A stretch of 64,000 bases of DNA, from positions 15,532 to 79,531 of the forward strand of contig CAVTAP010000003.1 of NCBI GenBank assembly GCA_963732695.1, in the 5' to 3' direction. Positions 27,729-37,345 of this stretch are shown here, one piece after another. The translations under genes and the position numbers were made by a program. The DNA is from an uncultured Actinomycetota bacterium. Lineage in GTDB: Bacteria > Actinomycetota > Acidimicrobiia > Acidimicrobiales > SZUA-35. The notes under the pieces were generated by a model. That model saw nothing but the letters and a program-made list of their open reading frames with translations, did no database searches and was not told the DNA's origin. How positions within the stretch are numbered: position 1 is the first letter of the stretch; each line of letters starts with the position of its first letter.

Positions 27729-29239
27729 CGACCAGCCGCGAGGAGTTCCGGTCGCTGGCCCGCCAGTACCGGGCGGTCCCGATCCACCGGGAGCTGCTGG
27801 CCGACATGACCACGCCGGTGGCCGCCTTCCTGCGCTGTGTGGGCAACGAGCCCGGCTTCGCCCTGGAGTCGGTGGAGAACGGCGAGCGGTGGAGCCGGTT
27901 CAGCTTCATCGGCCGCCGGGCGCCGGCCACCCTGGTGTGCCGGGGACGCAACGTGGAACTGCGGGGCCACCTGCCCGACACCGACCTCCCCCTCGACCGG
28001 GGCATCCTGGCCGCCGTCGAGACCCTGCTGGAGCGGTACCGCTCGCCCCGCCTGCCCGACCTGCCGCCCCTCACCGCCGGCCTCGTCGGCTACCTCGGCT
28101 ACGACGTGGTGCGGGAGGTGGAGCGGTTGCCCAACGCGCCGGCCGACAGCCACGGCTACCCCGACGCCGTGCTCGACGTGATCGGCGAGCTGGCCGTGTT
28201 CGACCACTGGCGCCAGCGGGTCACCCTGGTGGCCACCGCCATGCTGCCGGCCGACGCCGACCAGGCCACGATCGACCAGGCCTACGACGACGGCCTCCGC
28301 CGGCTCGACCAGCTCACGGCCGACGGCGCCCGCCCGGTCGACGAGCCGCTGATGGAGCCGCCGGCCGATCTCGACCTGCCCGACGTGCACGAGTCGCTGT
28401 CGGGTGACATGTACCAGCGGGCGGTGGAGGCGGCCAAGGAGTACATCCGGGCCGGTGACATCTTCCAGGTGGTCCTGTCCAAGCGGTTCGACTTCGCCCT
28501 GGAAGCCGAGCCGTTCGACGTGTACCGGGTGCTGCGCCAGATCAACCCCAGCCCCTACATGTACTTCCTCCGCCACCCCGAGCTGACCCTGGTGGGCTGC
28601 TCGCCCGAGCCACTGGTGCAGGTCAACGACGGCCGGGTGATCTCCCGACCCATCGCCGGCACCCGCCGCCGGGGCCGCACCGACGAGCACGACAAGCTCA
28701 TGGCCTCCGAGCTCAGCGAGGACCCCAAGGAGCGGGCTGAGCACGTGATGCTGGTCGATCTGGCCCGCAACGACATCGGCCGGGTCGTGCGCTACGGCAC
28801 CCTCCACCTCGACGAGCTGATGACGCTGGAGCGCTACTCCCACGTGATGCACCTCACCTCGCAGGTGTCGGGAGACCTGGTGCCCGATCGGTCGGTCATC
28901 GACGTCCTGCGGGCCACCATGCCGGCCGGCACCGTTTCGGGCGCCCCCAAGGTGCGGGCGATGGAGATCATCGACGAGCTGGAGCCGGTGAAGCGGGGGC
29001 CCTACGCCGGGGTGGTCGGCTACCTCGACTTCTCGGGCAACCTCGACACCGCCATCACCATTCGCACCATGTTCTGCGGGCCCGACGGGCACGCCTCGGT
29101 CCAGGCCGGCGCCGGCGTGGTGGCCGACAGCGTGCCCGAGCTGGAGAACCTGGAGTGCTGGAACAAGGCGCGGGCCCTGCTGGCCGCGGTTGAACCGGCC
29201 CGCCGTATGCGCCCCCGCAGCGCCTCCGCCGTGCGCTAG
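27725..29239 (+). CDS. trpE: Anthranilate synthase component I
   Basis: ATG 27725 overlaps the hisI TGA (ATGA). Motifs: [57 protein letters not shown]. Confidence 0.9.
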   Translation: MTTSREEFRSLARQYRAVPIHRELLADMTTPVAAFLRCVGNEPGFALESVENGERWSRFSFIGRRAPATLVCRGRNVELRGHLPDTDLPLDRGILAAVETLLERYRSPRLPDLPPLTAGLVGYLGYDVVREVERLPNAPADSHGYPDAVLDVIGELAVFDHWRQRVTLVATAMLPADADQATIDQAYDDGLRRLDQLTADGARPVDEPLMEPPADLDLPDVHESLSGDMYQRAVEAAKEYIRAGDIFQVVLSKRFDFALEAEPFDVYRVLRQINPSPYMYFLRHPELTLVGCSPEPLVQVNDGRVISRPIAGTRRRGRTDEHDKLMASELSEDPKERAEHVMLVDLARNDIGRVVRYGTLHLDELMTLERYSHVMHLTSQVSGDLVPDRSVIDVLRATMPAGTVSGAPKVRAMEIIDELEPVKRGPYAGVVGYLDFSGNLDTAITIRTMFCGPDGHASVQAGAGVVADSVPELENLECWNKARALLAAVEPARRMRPRSASAVR

Positions 29240-29333
29240 ACGCGTCCGCGTCCCGGTGGGGTGGGGGCCCCGACGGGGATGGGGAGGCCGAGCGGAGCGA
29301 GGCCGGCGGGGGCGCCAGCCCCCGAACTCAGAG
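29240..29333. repeat. Third, inverted and diverged (~80% identity) copy of the 92-bp element seen at 15130-15313
   Basis: The reverse complement reads CTCTGAGTTCGGGGGCTGGCGCCCCCGCCGGCCTCGCTCCGCTCGGCCTCCCCATCCCCGTCGGGGCCCCCACCCCACCGGGACGCGGACGCG, which aligns along the whole 15131 unit. It fills the entire gap between convergent trpE and the SGNH gene and overlaps the SGNH stop codon. Confidence 0.8.
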
Positions 29334-30746
29334 CGCCCAGCGGGCGGTCACGTCGGCCCAGAGGTCTTCGGCGATCCAGGTGGAACCGGCGTAGGTGACG
29401 TGGATGCCGTCGGGGGAGCGGGCCACCTTGGCCTTGCCGTCGGGTCCGGCGATGGTGCCGGCGAATCCCCCGTCGGGGCCGCTGAAGCGGGGCATGAGGT
29501 CCACGAACGTGACCCAGGGCCGGCCTGCCGCCTCCTCGGCCAGGATGGCGTCGATCGAGCGGGCCAGGCCGTCGCGCTCGCCGTCCCGCATCGGGGGCAG
29601 GCCGATCCACCAGAGATGGCTCGGGCCGGGCCGGGCGGCCTGGGGCCGGGTCGAGTCCATGATGTCGATAACCCGCGTCCGGTACTCGGCCAGCCAGGGC
29701 CCCGACCCGACGGCCAGGTTCTGGCCGCCGGCCCGCATGGGCTGGTTGTCGTTGCCGCCGACCATGAACACCAGGGCCTCGGGCGGTTCGGGGCCGGCCA
29801 TGATCTCGTCGATGCGGGCCTGCCAGTCGAAGGTGTCGGGCCGGGTGAGGCCGGTGCCGATGTGGAAGTCGAGATCCACCGCTGTCAGCTGGCGATCCGA
29901 CAGGGGGGCCAGCAGCTGGTTGCCCACGTACTCGCCCAGGGAGTCGCCCCCGGCCCACAGCCGCAGCCGGGCCTCCGGGCTGACGATCCGGGCCGGGCCG
30001 GGCTCGGCCACCGGGTCGACCACGGCCGGGCCGAGCCCGGGGGCGGGCGCCGGCGCCGATGCGGTGGCCGGTCCCGGCGGCACCGGCAGCGCCGGCGCCG
30101 CCGTGGCGGAGGCTCCACCGCCGGACCCGGTCGGGGTGGTCATCGGGTCGGGGGCTCCGCCCGACGCCGGGTCACCGGGGGCGGTCACCGTGGCGGCGCC
30201 GGCGCCGTCGCCCGGCCGGGGTGGGCCGTAGCGGGTGGGCTCGGCGGTCGGGGCCCCGCCCGTGGCCGTCGGATCGGAGGCCACGGTGCCATCCGGGGGC
30301 GGGGCCACGGTCGGGCCGTCGCCGGTGAATCGGGAGCTGTCGGCCACCGCCGGTCGCTCCGAGGCGCTGGCCGCCGCGTCCAGTGACCCGGTGGGGGCGG
30401 GAGCGGTGTCCGGCTCGTCGGTGGGCCGCCCCAGGAGCCGGGCCAGGGCCCGATCGGGCCGATCGAGGCCGGCGGCCTCCGCCAGACGGTGCAGGGGCCG
30501 GGCCACGGCCAAGGTCAGCGACCGCTCGGTGCCGAACGGCTGGGACGAGGCGGTGGCCTCGAGGTGGCTGCTCGACAGGCCGAGCGTGACCGTGAGGCAG
30601 ACCAGGAGCTGGCACAGCACGGTGCGGGGCCTGAGCCGGCGGCGGGTCGGACGGTCGCCTGGTCCCGGCGGCGGCGGGAGGGTGGCGGGGTGCGGGCCGC
30701 GGCGAGCCCAGGAGCGGGGCTGACGGTGGCGGAAACGGTACGACAT
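29328..30746 (-). CDS. Membrane-anchored SGNH/GDSL-like hydrolase (DUF459-like), partner of the MBOAT
   Basis: N-terminal TM (VLCQLLVCLTVTLGL), about 200 aa of Pro/Ala/Thr/Gly-rich linker, then WAGGDSLG (GDS block), MVGGNDN (block III) and a late DGIH-type block. It starts 3 bp downstream of the MBOAT gene. Confidence 0.65.
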   Translation of the reverse strand: MSYRFRHRQPRSWARRGPHPATLPPPPGPGDRPTRRRLRPRTVLCQLLVCLTVTLGLSSSHLEATASSQPFGTERSLTLAVARPLHRLAEAAGLDRPDRALARLLGRPTDEPDTAPAPTGSLDAAASASERPAVADSSRFTGDGPTVAPPPDGTVASDPTATGGAPTAEPTRYGPPRPGDGAGAATVTAPGDPASGGAPDPMTTPTGSGGGASATAAPALPVPPGPATASAPAPAPGLGPAVVDPVAEPGPARIVSPEARLRLWAGGDSLGEYVGNQLLAPLSDRQLTAVDLDFHIGTGLTRPDTFDWQARIDEIMAGPEPPEALVFMVGGNDNQPMRAGGQNLAVGSGPWLAEYRTRVIDIMDSTRPQAARPGPSHLWWIGLPPMRDGERDGLARSIDAILAEEAAGRPWVTFVDLMPRFSGPDGGFAGTIAGPDGKAKVARSPDGIHVTYAGSTWIAEDLWADVTARWAL

Positions 30747-30749
30747 GAC

Positions 30750-32225
30750 TCAGAAGCGGAAGTAGATGAACGGGGCGACGCCCTGGGGGCCGAGGGCGAT
30801 CACGAGGGAGAGCCACACCCCCACCAGCGCGCTCTGGAGTGCAGGGTCGAGGCGGCTCAGCGGGCGGTGGAACCAGCGGTGGTAGACGAGGCGGAGCTGG
30901 TGCGCCGGGACGAGTTGGATGGCCACGGCGCCGGCGATCAGGCCCACGGCCACCAGGCTGACCGGGCCGGCGACCGTCGCCCCGGCCGGGCCCCGCACCA
31001 GGCCGGCCAGGAAGTCGCCCGTCTCGCCCAGGCTCTGGGCCCGGAACGGCACCCAGGCCAGGCACACGAGGTGGAAGGTGAGCAGCCAGCGGGCCGTGGG
31101 GCCCAGCCAGGTCGGTGCCGCCGCGCCGGTGCGCCGACCCACCGCCGTCCGGCACCGGGTCCAGGCCGAGGCGACGCCGGGGCTGCCGGCCAGCAGCCGC
31201 TCCGCCGCCAGGGCCAGGCCGTGGACCGTGCCCCACACCACGAACGTCCAGGCCGCCCCGTGCCACAACCCGCCCAGCACCATGGTGAGCAGCAGGTTGC
31301 GGTAGGTCGCCAGCCGCCCCCGGCGGTTGCCGCCCAGCGACACGTAGAGGTAATCCCGCAGCCAGCGCGACAGCGTCATGTGCCAGCGCCGCCAGAAGTC
31401 CTGGATCGACAGCGCCCCGTACGGGCGGTCGAAGTTGATCGGGAACCGGATACCGAGCAGGGCGGCCAGGCCGATGGCGATGTCGGTGTAGCCGCTGAAG
31501 TCGGCATAGATCTGCACGGCGTACCCGTAGAGGGCGGCCAGGAGCTGGAGCCGGCTGGCGGCGGCCGGGGCCGCGAACACGGGGTCGACCACCGACTGGG
31601 CCAGGTAGGTGGCCACCACCACCTTCTTGAACAGGCCGCGCCCGATCCACCACGCTGCTCCCACCACGTCGATGTCGGCCCGGTCCCGCCGCCCGACCAG
31701 CTGGGGCAGGAACTCGGACGCCCGCACGATGGGCCCGGCCACGAGGTGGGGGAAGAACGACAGGTAGACGGTGAAGTCGAGCAGGGAGCGGTCGTCCACC
31801 TCGCCCCGGTAGGTGTCGACCACGTAGCTGATGGCCTGGAAGGTGAAGAACGAGATGCCCACGGGCAGCACCAGGTCGAGCCCGGGGAGCGTGTGGCTGG
31901 CCCCCAGGAGGCGGCTGAGGGCCTCGGCGAAGAAGCCGTAGTACTTGAACACGCCGAGCACGGCCAGGTTGGCCGCCACCGCCATGACCACCAGCGCCCG
32001 GCGGGCCCGGTGGGCCGGGGTGGCCATGATCAGGCGGGCGTAGGTCCAGTTGACGAGCGTCGAGCCGGCCAGCAGGCCACAGAACCGCCAGTCCCACCAG
32101 CCGTAGAACAGGTACGAGGAGACGACCATGGCGACCTTCCACGCCCGGTCCCTGGCGTGGAGCGCAGTGTGGACGGCGTAGACGGTGACGAAGAACACGG
32201 CGAACGTCACGGTCGGGAACAGCAT
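30750..32225 (-). CDS. MBOAT-family membrane O-acyltransferase (AlgI/DltB/PatA-like)
   Basis: ATG 32225 gives MLFPTVTFAVFF... Motifs: GISFFTFQAISYVVD, FPHLVAGPI, YADFSGYTDIA, FWRRWHMTLSRWLRDYLY, GGLWHGA (MBOAT catalytic His region). Confidence 0.85.
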   Translation of the reverse strand: MLFPTVTFAVFFVTVYAVHTALHARDRAWKVAMVVSSYLFYGWWDWRFCGLLAGSTLVNWTYARLIMATPAHRARRALVVMAVAANLAVLGVFKYYGFFAEALSRLLGASHTLPGLDLVLPVGISFFTFQAISYVVDTYRGEVDDRSLLDFTVYLSFFPHLVAGPIVRASEFLPQLVGRRDRADIDVVGAAWWIGRGLFKKVVVATYLAQSVVDPVFAAPAAASRLQLLAALYGYAVQIYADFSGYTDIAIGLAALLGIRFPINFDRPYGALSIQDFWRRWHMTLSRWLRDYLYVSLGGNRRGRLATYRNLLLTMVLGGLWHGAAWTFVVWGTVHGLALAAERLLAGSPGVASAWTRCRTAVGRRTGAAAPTWLGPTARWLLTFHLVCLAWVPFRAQSLGETGDFLAGLVRGPAGATVAGPVSLVAVGLIAGAVAIQLVPAHQLRLVYHRWFHRPLSRLDPALQSALVGVWLSLVIALGPQGVAPFIYFRF

Positions 32226-32240
32226 CGCTGCCGTTCGTTG

Positions 32241-32322
32241 TATCACCGGCTTCCAGTACTGCCACCGGTGAGGGCAGGGCGATACTGCCACCGGTAGGGC
32301 AGGGAGATACTGCCACCGTCTG
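32241..32322. promoter_or_regulatory. Operator-like array: TACTGCCACCGG repeated three times (starts at 32257, 32283 and 32308), plus a degenerate TATCACCGG at 32241, in a divergent promoter region
   Basis: Read directly. The units GTACTGCCACCGGTGAGGGCAGGGCGA / TACTGCCACCGGTAGGGCAGGGAGA / TACTGCCACCGTCTGG each contain CTGCC...GGCAG and ACCGGT palindromes. The array lies between the MBOAT gene (minus, ATG 32225) and the crotonase gene (plus, ATG 32372). Confidence 0.5.
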
Positions 32323-32371
32323 GATGGCCGAGGACTTGCGCCCGAGGGCCGGTGTGGCATAAGAGCAGACC

Positions 32372-33148
32372 ATGACCGACCAGACCCCCACCGGCTCAGG
32401 CACCGTTTCCGTCCAGGTCGACGGCGCCGTCCGCACCGTCACCCTGAACCGGCCCGAGAAGAGCAACGCCATGGACGCCGACATGCTCCGGGCGCTCGAG
32501 GTGGCGTTCAACCCCGTGCCCGGCCCCGGGCCGGAGGAGCGGGTGGCCGTGATCCGGGCCGAGGGCCGGGTGTTCTGCTCCGGGCTCGACCTGCGGGGGA
32601 GCCTGGGCCGGGACCAGGACGTGGAGAAGCTGTTCCACCGGGTGGAGACGTGGCCCCTTCCCGTGGTGGCCGTGGTTCAGGGGGCAGCCATCGCCGGGGG
32701 CAACGAGCTGGCCCTGCACTGTGACCTGGTGGTGGCGTCGGAGGAGGCGCGGTTCGGGATGTCGCTGGCCCAGGTGGGGCTGGCCCCGTCGTGGTTCCTG
32801 ACCAAGAAGCTGCTGGAGGTGGGCGGCCCGGTGGCCACCCGGGAGATCCTCCTGCTGGGTGACCCGATCCCGGCCCGCCGCATGGCCGATCTGGGCCTGA
32901 TCGCCCGTTGCGTGCCGGCCGCCGACCTCCAGGCCGAGGCGGGCAAGGTGATCGACCGGCTGGTCCGCAACGCGCCGCTCAGCCTCAAGGCCATGAAGGC
33001 CACGATCAACCGGGAGATGACCTTCCGCGACGGCATCTACCACGCCGACACCGAGCAGATGGTGCGGGCCGCCATCAAGAGCACCGACGCCAAGGAGGGG
33101 GTGCGGGCCCGGATGGAGCGCCGCGACGCCCGGTTCTCGGGCGGGTAG
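32372..33148 (+). CDS. Enoyl-CoA hydratase/isomerase (crotonase) family protein
   Basis: VTLNRPEKSNAM, FCSGLDL, AVVQGAAIAGGNELALHCDLVVA, and a C-terminal EGVRA...KRxxxF-like region. Confidence 0.8.
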   Translation: MTDQTPTGSGTVSVQVDGAVRTVTLNRPEKSNAMDADMLRALEVAFNPVPGPGPEERVAVIRAEGRVFCSGLDLRGSLGRDQDVEKLFHRVETWPLPVVAVVQGAAIAGGNELALHCDLVVASEEARFGMSLAQVGLAPSWFLTKKLLEVGGPVATREILLLGDPIPARRMADLGLIARCVPAADLQAEAGKVIDRLVRNAPLSLKAMKATINREMTFRDGIYHADTEQMVRAAIKSTDAKEGVRARMERRDARFSGG

Positions 33149-33171
33149 GCGGGGCCGGTAGCGTCGGGATC

Positions 33172-34086
33172 ATGCTGGATCTCGACGCCACCCTTCACGC
33201 CTTCACCAACACCGTGGCGGCGGTGGCCACCGAACGCGACGTGGTGGAGGCGGTCGGCCCCGACGCCGCCTCGTTCCTCCAGGGCCAGCTCAGCCAGGAG
33301 ATCGAGAAGCTGGCCGTCGGTGCCTCGGTACCGGCCCTGCTGCTCCAGCCCCAGGGCAAGGTCGAGGCCTGGATCCGGGTGAGCCGCCTGGAGCCGGAGC
33401 GGTTCTGGCTCGACGTCAGGGCCGGTTTCGGGGCCCGGGTGGCCGAGCGCCTCAACCGGTTCAAGATCCGGGTCAAGGTGGAGCTGACCCTGCACGAGCG
33501 CCAGCCGGTGTTGGCCGTCCGGGGCCCCGACGCCGCCGGCGGTCCGGCGGCCCTGGGCCTCGTCCCCGGCGACGCCGTGGTGCTCGCGCTGCCGGCCGAG
33601 CAGGCCCGGGGGGCCGGCCCCGGCTTCGACCTCGTCGGCCCGGCGGGCAACGGGGAGTCGATCCCGCTGGGGCCGCCCGAGGCGCTGGAAGCATGGCGGA
33701 TCCGGTGGGGGCTGCCGGCGATGGGTCGTGAGCTCGACGAGTCCACGATCCCGGCCGCCGCCGGCATCGTGGAGGACTCGGTGAGCTTCACCAAGGGCTG
33801 CTACGTGGGCCAGGAGCTGGTGGCCCGCATCGACTCCCGGGGGGCGTCCACCCCCACCCGGCTCCGGGGTCTGCGCCTGGCCGGGCCGCTGGAGCTGGCC
33901 GGCGGCGAGGCGGTGGAGGCCGACGGTGCCGAGGTGGGCCGGATCACGAGCTACGCCCCCGTCACCGGAGAGGGTGCGCTGGCCCTCGCCTACTGCCGGC
34001 GCGCGCTGGAGGTGCCGGGCCCCGTCGAGGTGGTCGACGCCACCGGGCACCGGGTGGCGGCCGAGGCCGTCGAGCTCCCGTTCTGA
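33172..34086 (+). CDS. YgfZ/GcvT-like folate-binding protein
   Basis: ATG 33172. SFLQGQLSQ near the N-terminus, WRIRWGLPAMGRELDE, and the hallmark FTKGCYVGQELVARI motif. Confidence 0.7.
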   Translation: MLDLDATLHAFTNTVAAVATERDVVEAVGPDAASFLQGQLSQEIEKLAVGASVPALLLQPQGKVEAWIRVSRLEPERFWLDVRAGFGARVAERLNRFKIRVKVELTLHERQPVLAVRGPDAAGGPAALGLVPGDAVVLALPAEQARGAGPGFDLVGPAGNGESIPLGPPEALEAWRIRWGLPAMGRELDESTIPAAAGIVEDSVSFTKGCYVGQELVARIDSRGASTPTRLRGLRLAGPLELAGGEAVEADGAEVGRITSYAPVTGEGALALAYCRRALEVPGPVEVVDATGHRVAAEAVELPF

Positions 34087-34206
34087 GCGCGGGCCGTCCG
34101 GCAGACGGCGCACCGACACCGCCGCCCGTGACGCCCCGGGTGAGAAGTTGGCGGGTGAGCGGGCACCGTGCGGTAATCGGGACGGTGAGCAGCTAGGTTC
34201 TGCGCC

Positions 34207-34518
34207 ATGTCGAAGATCGCGCTCATCGCCAAGCTCACCGCCGCCGAGGGAAAGGCCGACGAGCTGAAGGCCACGCTGGCCTCCCTCATCGCCGCCGCCG
34301 AGGAGGAGGCCGGCCTCGAGGTCTACAGCGCCCACGGGGACCAGAAGGACCCCAACGTGATCTGGTTCTACGAGCTCTACGCCGGCCAGGAGGCGCTCGA
34401 CGTCCACGGCCGGGGCGAGCAGATGAAGCCGGCCATGAAGGCCCTCGGCTCGATGCTGGCCGGCCGCCCGGAGGTGACCTTCCTCACCCCGTTGGCGGCC
34501 AAGGGCCTGAGCGTCTGA
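34207..34518 (+). CDS. Antibiotic-biosynthesis-monooxygenase (ABM) domain protein / putative quinol monooxygenase
   Basis: 103 aa. IALIAKLTAAEGKADELKATL...VYSAHGDQKDPNVIWFYELYAGQEALDVH matches the ABM ferredoxin-like pattern. TAGGTT lies 8 nt upstream of the ATG, so the gene may be leaderless. Confidence 0.6.
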   Translation: MSKIALIAKLTAAEGKADELKATLASLIAAAEEEAGLEVYSAHGDQKDPNVIWFYELYAGQEALDVHGRGEQMKPAMKALGSMLAGRPEVTFLTPLAAKGLSV

Positions 34519-34530
34519 GCCGGCGGGGGA

Positions 34531-35310
34531 GTGGTCACCTACCTCGACAAGATCCTGGCTGCCCACCGCGACCAGGCCCGATCCGACAACCGAAGCCTCG
34601 ACCAGCTGGTCGATGAGGCGCGCCGGGTCGGGCCGACCCGTGGATTCCGTCAGGCCCTGGCCGGCGCCGAGGGCCTGGCCGTCGTCAGCGAGATCAAGCG
34701 GCGGTCGCCGTCCAAGGGTGACCTGAACCCCGGCGTCGATCCCGGGCCGTGGGCCGCCGCCTACCTGGCCGGGGGCGCCACCTGCCTGTCGGTCCTGACC
34801 GATCCGGAGTTCTTCGGCGGCTCGGCCGACGATCTGGGCGCGGCCCGGGCCGCGGTGCCGATCCCCGCCCTCCGCAAGGACTTCACGGTGTCCGCCCTCG
34901 ACGTGTGCGACGCTCGCCTGATGGGGGCCGACGCCGTGCTGCTGATCGTGGCCGCCCTCGACGACCTGGAGCTGGCCGACTTCCACGACCTGGCCTCCGA
35001 GCTGGGGCTCGACGTGCTGGTGGAGACGCACGACGAGGCCGAGGTGGACCGGGCCCTGTCGGTGGGGGCCACCCTGATCGGGGTCAACCAGCGGGATCTC
35101 GTCACCTTCGAGGTGGACACGCAGCGGGCGGTGCGCCTGGCCGGCGTACTGCCCGACGACGTGGTGAGGGTGGCCGAGTCGGGGGTGCGGGGCCCGGACG
35201 ACGCCCGGGTGTTGTACGAAGCCGGCTATCACGCCGTGCTGGTGGGTGAAGCACTGATGACGTCGGGCGACCCGACGGGCGCCGTGGCCGGTCTGCGGGC
35301 CGTCCGCTGA
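34531..35310 (+). CDS. trpC: Indole-3-glycerol phosphate synthase
   Basis: YLDKILA, VSEIKRRSPSKG, LSVLTDPEFFGG, LRKDF, VLLI, LVETH, IGVNQRDL, VAESG. Confidence 0.9.
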   Translation: MVTYLDKILAAHRDQARSDNRSLDQLVDEARRVGPTRGFRQALAGAEGLAVVSEIKRRSPSKGDLNPGVDPGPWAAAYLAGGATCLSVLTDPEFFGGSADDLGAARAAVPIPALRKDFTVSALDVCDARLMGADAVLLIVAALDDLELADFHDLASELGLDVLVETHDEAEVDRALSVGATLIGVNQRDLVTFEVDTQRAVRLAGVLPDDVVRVAESGVRGPDDARVLYEAGYHAVLVGEALMTSGDPTGAVAGLRAVR

Positions 35311-35393
35311 CGCCGCCAAGCCGGGGTCGGCCCCGGGCCGGGGGCGGAGAACATCATCTCAAGGCCGGGTCGGGTCCGGTACCGTCTAGAGCG

Positions 35394-36116
35394 ATGTTCG
35401 TGAAGATCTGTGGCATCACGACGGTGGACGATGCCCTGCTTGCTGCCGGTCTCGGAGCCGACGCCGTCGGCATGATCTTCGCCGAGTCGTCGCGGCGCAT
35501 CACCCAGGGCGAGGCCCGGGACATCGCCCGGCGGCTGCCGGCCGAGATCGTGTCGGTCGGGGTGTTCCGCAACGAGCGGCGGGAGCGGGTGGCCGAGCTG
35601 GCCAACTCCATCGGCCTGCGGGCCGTCCAGCTCCACGGCAACGAGTCGCCCGAGGACGTGCAGTGGGTGGCCGAGCGGGTCCCGATCGTGATCAAGGTGT
35701 TCGCCGCCTCCGACCCCACGCTGCACCGGGTCGAGGAGTTCGGCCCGGTGTGGCCGATGATCGACTCGCCGACGCCGGGCAGCGGCCGGGCGTTCGACTG
35801 GTCGGCCCTCGAAGGGGCCTGGCCCAAGCGGCGCTTCATCCTGGCCGGCGGCCTCCACGCCGGCAACGTGGCCGAGGCGATCGCCGCCGTGCGCCCGTGG
35901 GGCGTCGATGCCGCCTCCGGAACCGAGGCCTCGCCCGGCCGCAAGGACCCGGTGAAGCTCCGCCAGTTCCTGGCTGCCGTGCGGGAGGCCGCCCCCGATG
36001 ACGACGACGGTGGGCCCGGTCCGGCCGCCGCTGCCCCGTCCACCCCCGCCGCCAGCACCACCCCCGCCGACCGACGACGATCAACCGATTCCGATGAGGA
36101 TGCACCATGGCGATAG
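35394..36116 (+). CDS. trpF: Phosphoribosylanthranilate isomerase with a ~40-aa acidic/Pro-rich C-terminal tail
   Basis: [46 protein letters not shown] and [11 protein letters not shown]. Confidence 0.85.
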   Translation: MFVKICGITTVDDALLAAGLGADAVGMIFAESSRRITQGEARDIARRLPAEIVSVGVFRNERRERVAELANSIGLRAVQLHGNESPEDVQWVAERVPIVIKVFAASDPTLHRVEEFGPVWPMIDSPTPGSGRAFDWSALEGAWPKRRFILAGGLHAGNVAEAIAAVRPWGVDAASGTEASPGRKDPVKLRQFLAAVREAAPDDDDGGPGPAAAAPSTPAASTTPADRRRSTDSDEDAPWR

Positions 36117-37345
36117 CCGAGGCCCGTGAACCGTCGGGCCAAGCAACCCGCAGGGTTGCCGTGATGGGTGAACCCGATGCCACCGGCCGTTTCGGCCGGT
36201 TCGGCGGCCGGTTCGTGCCCGAGACGCTGGTGCCGGCCTGTGCCGAACTGGAGGCGGCCTTCCGCCAGGCCTGGTCCGACGATGCCTTCCGGGCCGAGTA
36301 CCGGGAGCTGCTCACCGGCTACGCCGGCCGCCCGTCGGCCCTCACCGAGTGCCGCAACCTGTCGGAGCGGCTCGGCCTGCGCCTGCTGCTCAAGCGGGAG
36401 GATCTGAACCACACCGGCAGCCACAAGATCAACAACGTGCTGGGCCAGACCCTGCTGGCCCGGCGGATGGGCAAGACCCGGATCGTGGCCGAGACCGGGG
36501 CCGGCCAGCACGGGGTGGCGTCGGCCACCGCCGCCGCCTACTTCGGGCTGGAATGCGTGGTCTACATGGGCGAGGTCGACGTGACCCGTCAGGCCCTCAA
36601 CGTCTACCGCATGCGGCTGCTGGGGGCCGAGGTGCGGCCCGCCCTGTCGGGCAGCCGCACCCTGAAAGACGCCGTCAACGAGGCCATGCGGGACTGGGTG
36701 GCCACGGTGGCCAACACCCACTACTGCCTGGGCTCGGTGATGGGCCCCCACCCCTACCCGTGGATGGTGCGGGAGTTCCACCGGGTCATCGGCGACGAGG
36801 CCCGCGAGCAGTGCCGGGCCCTTCTGGGGGGAGACCCCGACGTGGTGGTGGCCTGTGTGGGCGGTGGCTCCAACGCCATCGGCATCTTCTCCGGCTTCGC
36901 CGACACGGCGGCCGAGCTGGTGGGGGTGGAGCCGGCCGGCGGTGCCGCCGTGGGTAAGGGCATCCCCGGCGTGGTCCACGGCTCGCTGTCGTACCTGATG
37001 CAGGACGAGTACGGCCAGGTGCTGGAGGCCCAGTCGGTGTCGGCCGGGCTCGACTACCCCGGCATCGGCCCCGAGCACGCCCACCTGGCCGACATCGGCC
37101 GGGCCCGCTACGAGGCGGTGACCGACCGGGAGGTGCTCGACGCCTTCGAGCTCCTGGCCCGCACCGAAGGCATCATCCCGGCGCTGGAGCCGGCCCACGG
37201 GCTGGCCTGGATCGTTCGGGCCCGCCACGAGCTGGCCGGCCGAACGGTTCTGTTGAACCTGTCGGGCCGGGGCGACAAGGACGTGGCTCAGGTCCAGGCG
37301 ATCCAGGACGGCGACCCCGAGGCCCTGAAGACGGTGAGCTTCTGA
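36107..37345 (+). CDS. trpB: Tryptophan synthase beta chain
   Basis: [26 protein letters not shown] (PLP Lys), ETGAGQHG and GGGSNAIG. The start is ATG 36107 (a 10-nt overlap with trpF) or ATG 36164. Confidence 0.9.
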   Translation: MAIAEAREPSGQATRRVAVMGEPDATGRFGRFGGRFVPETLVPACAELEAAFRQAWSDDAFRAEYRELLTGYAGRPSALTECRNLSERLGLRLLLKREDLNHTGSHKINNVLGQTLLARRMGKTRIVAETGAGQHGVASATAAAYFGLECVVYMGEVDVTRQALNVYRMRLLGAEVRPALSGSRTLKDAVNEAMRDWVATVANTHYCLGSVMGPHPYPWMVREFHRVIGDEAREQCRALLGGDPDVVVACVGGGSNAIGIFSGFADTAAELVGVEPAGGAAVGKGIPGVVHGSLSYLMQDEYGQVLEAQSVSAGLDYPGIGPEHAHLADIGRARYEAVTDREVLDAFELLARTEGIIPALEPAHGLAWIVRARHELAGRTVLLNLSGRGDKDVAQVQAIQDGDPEALKTVSF

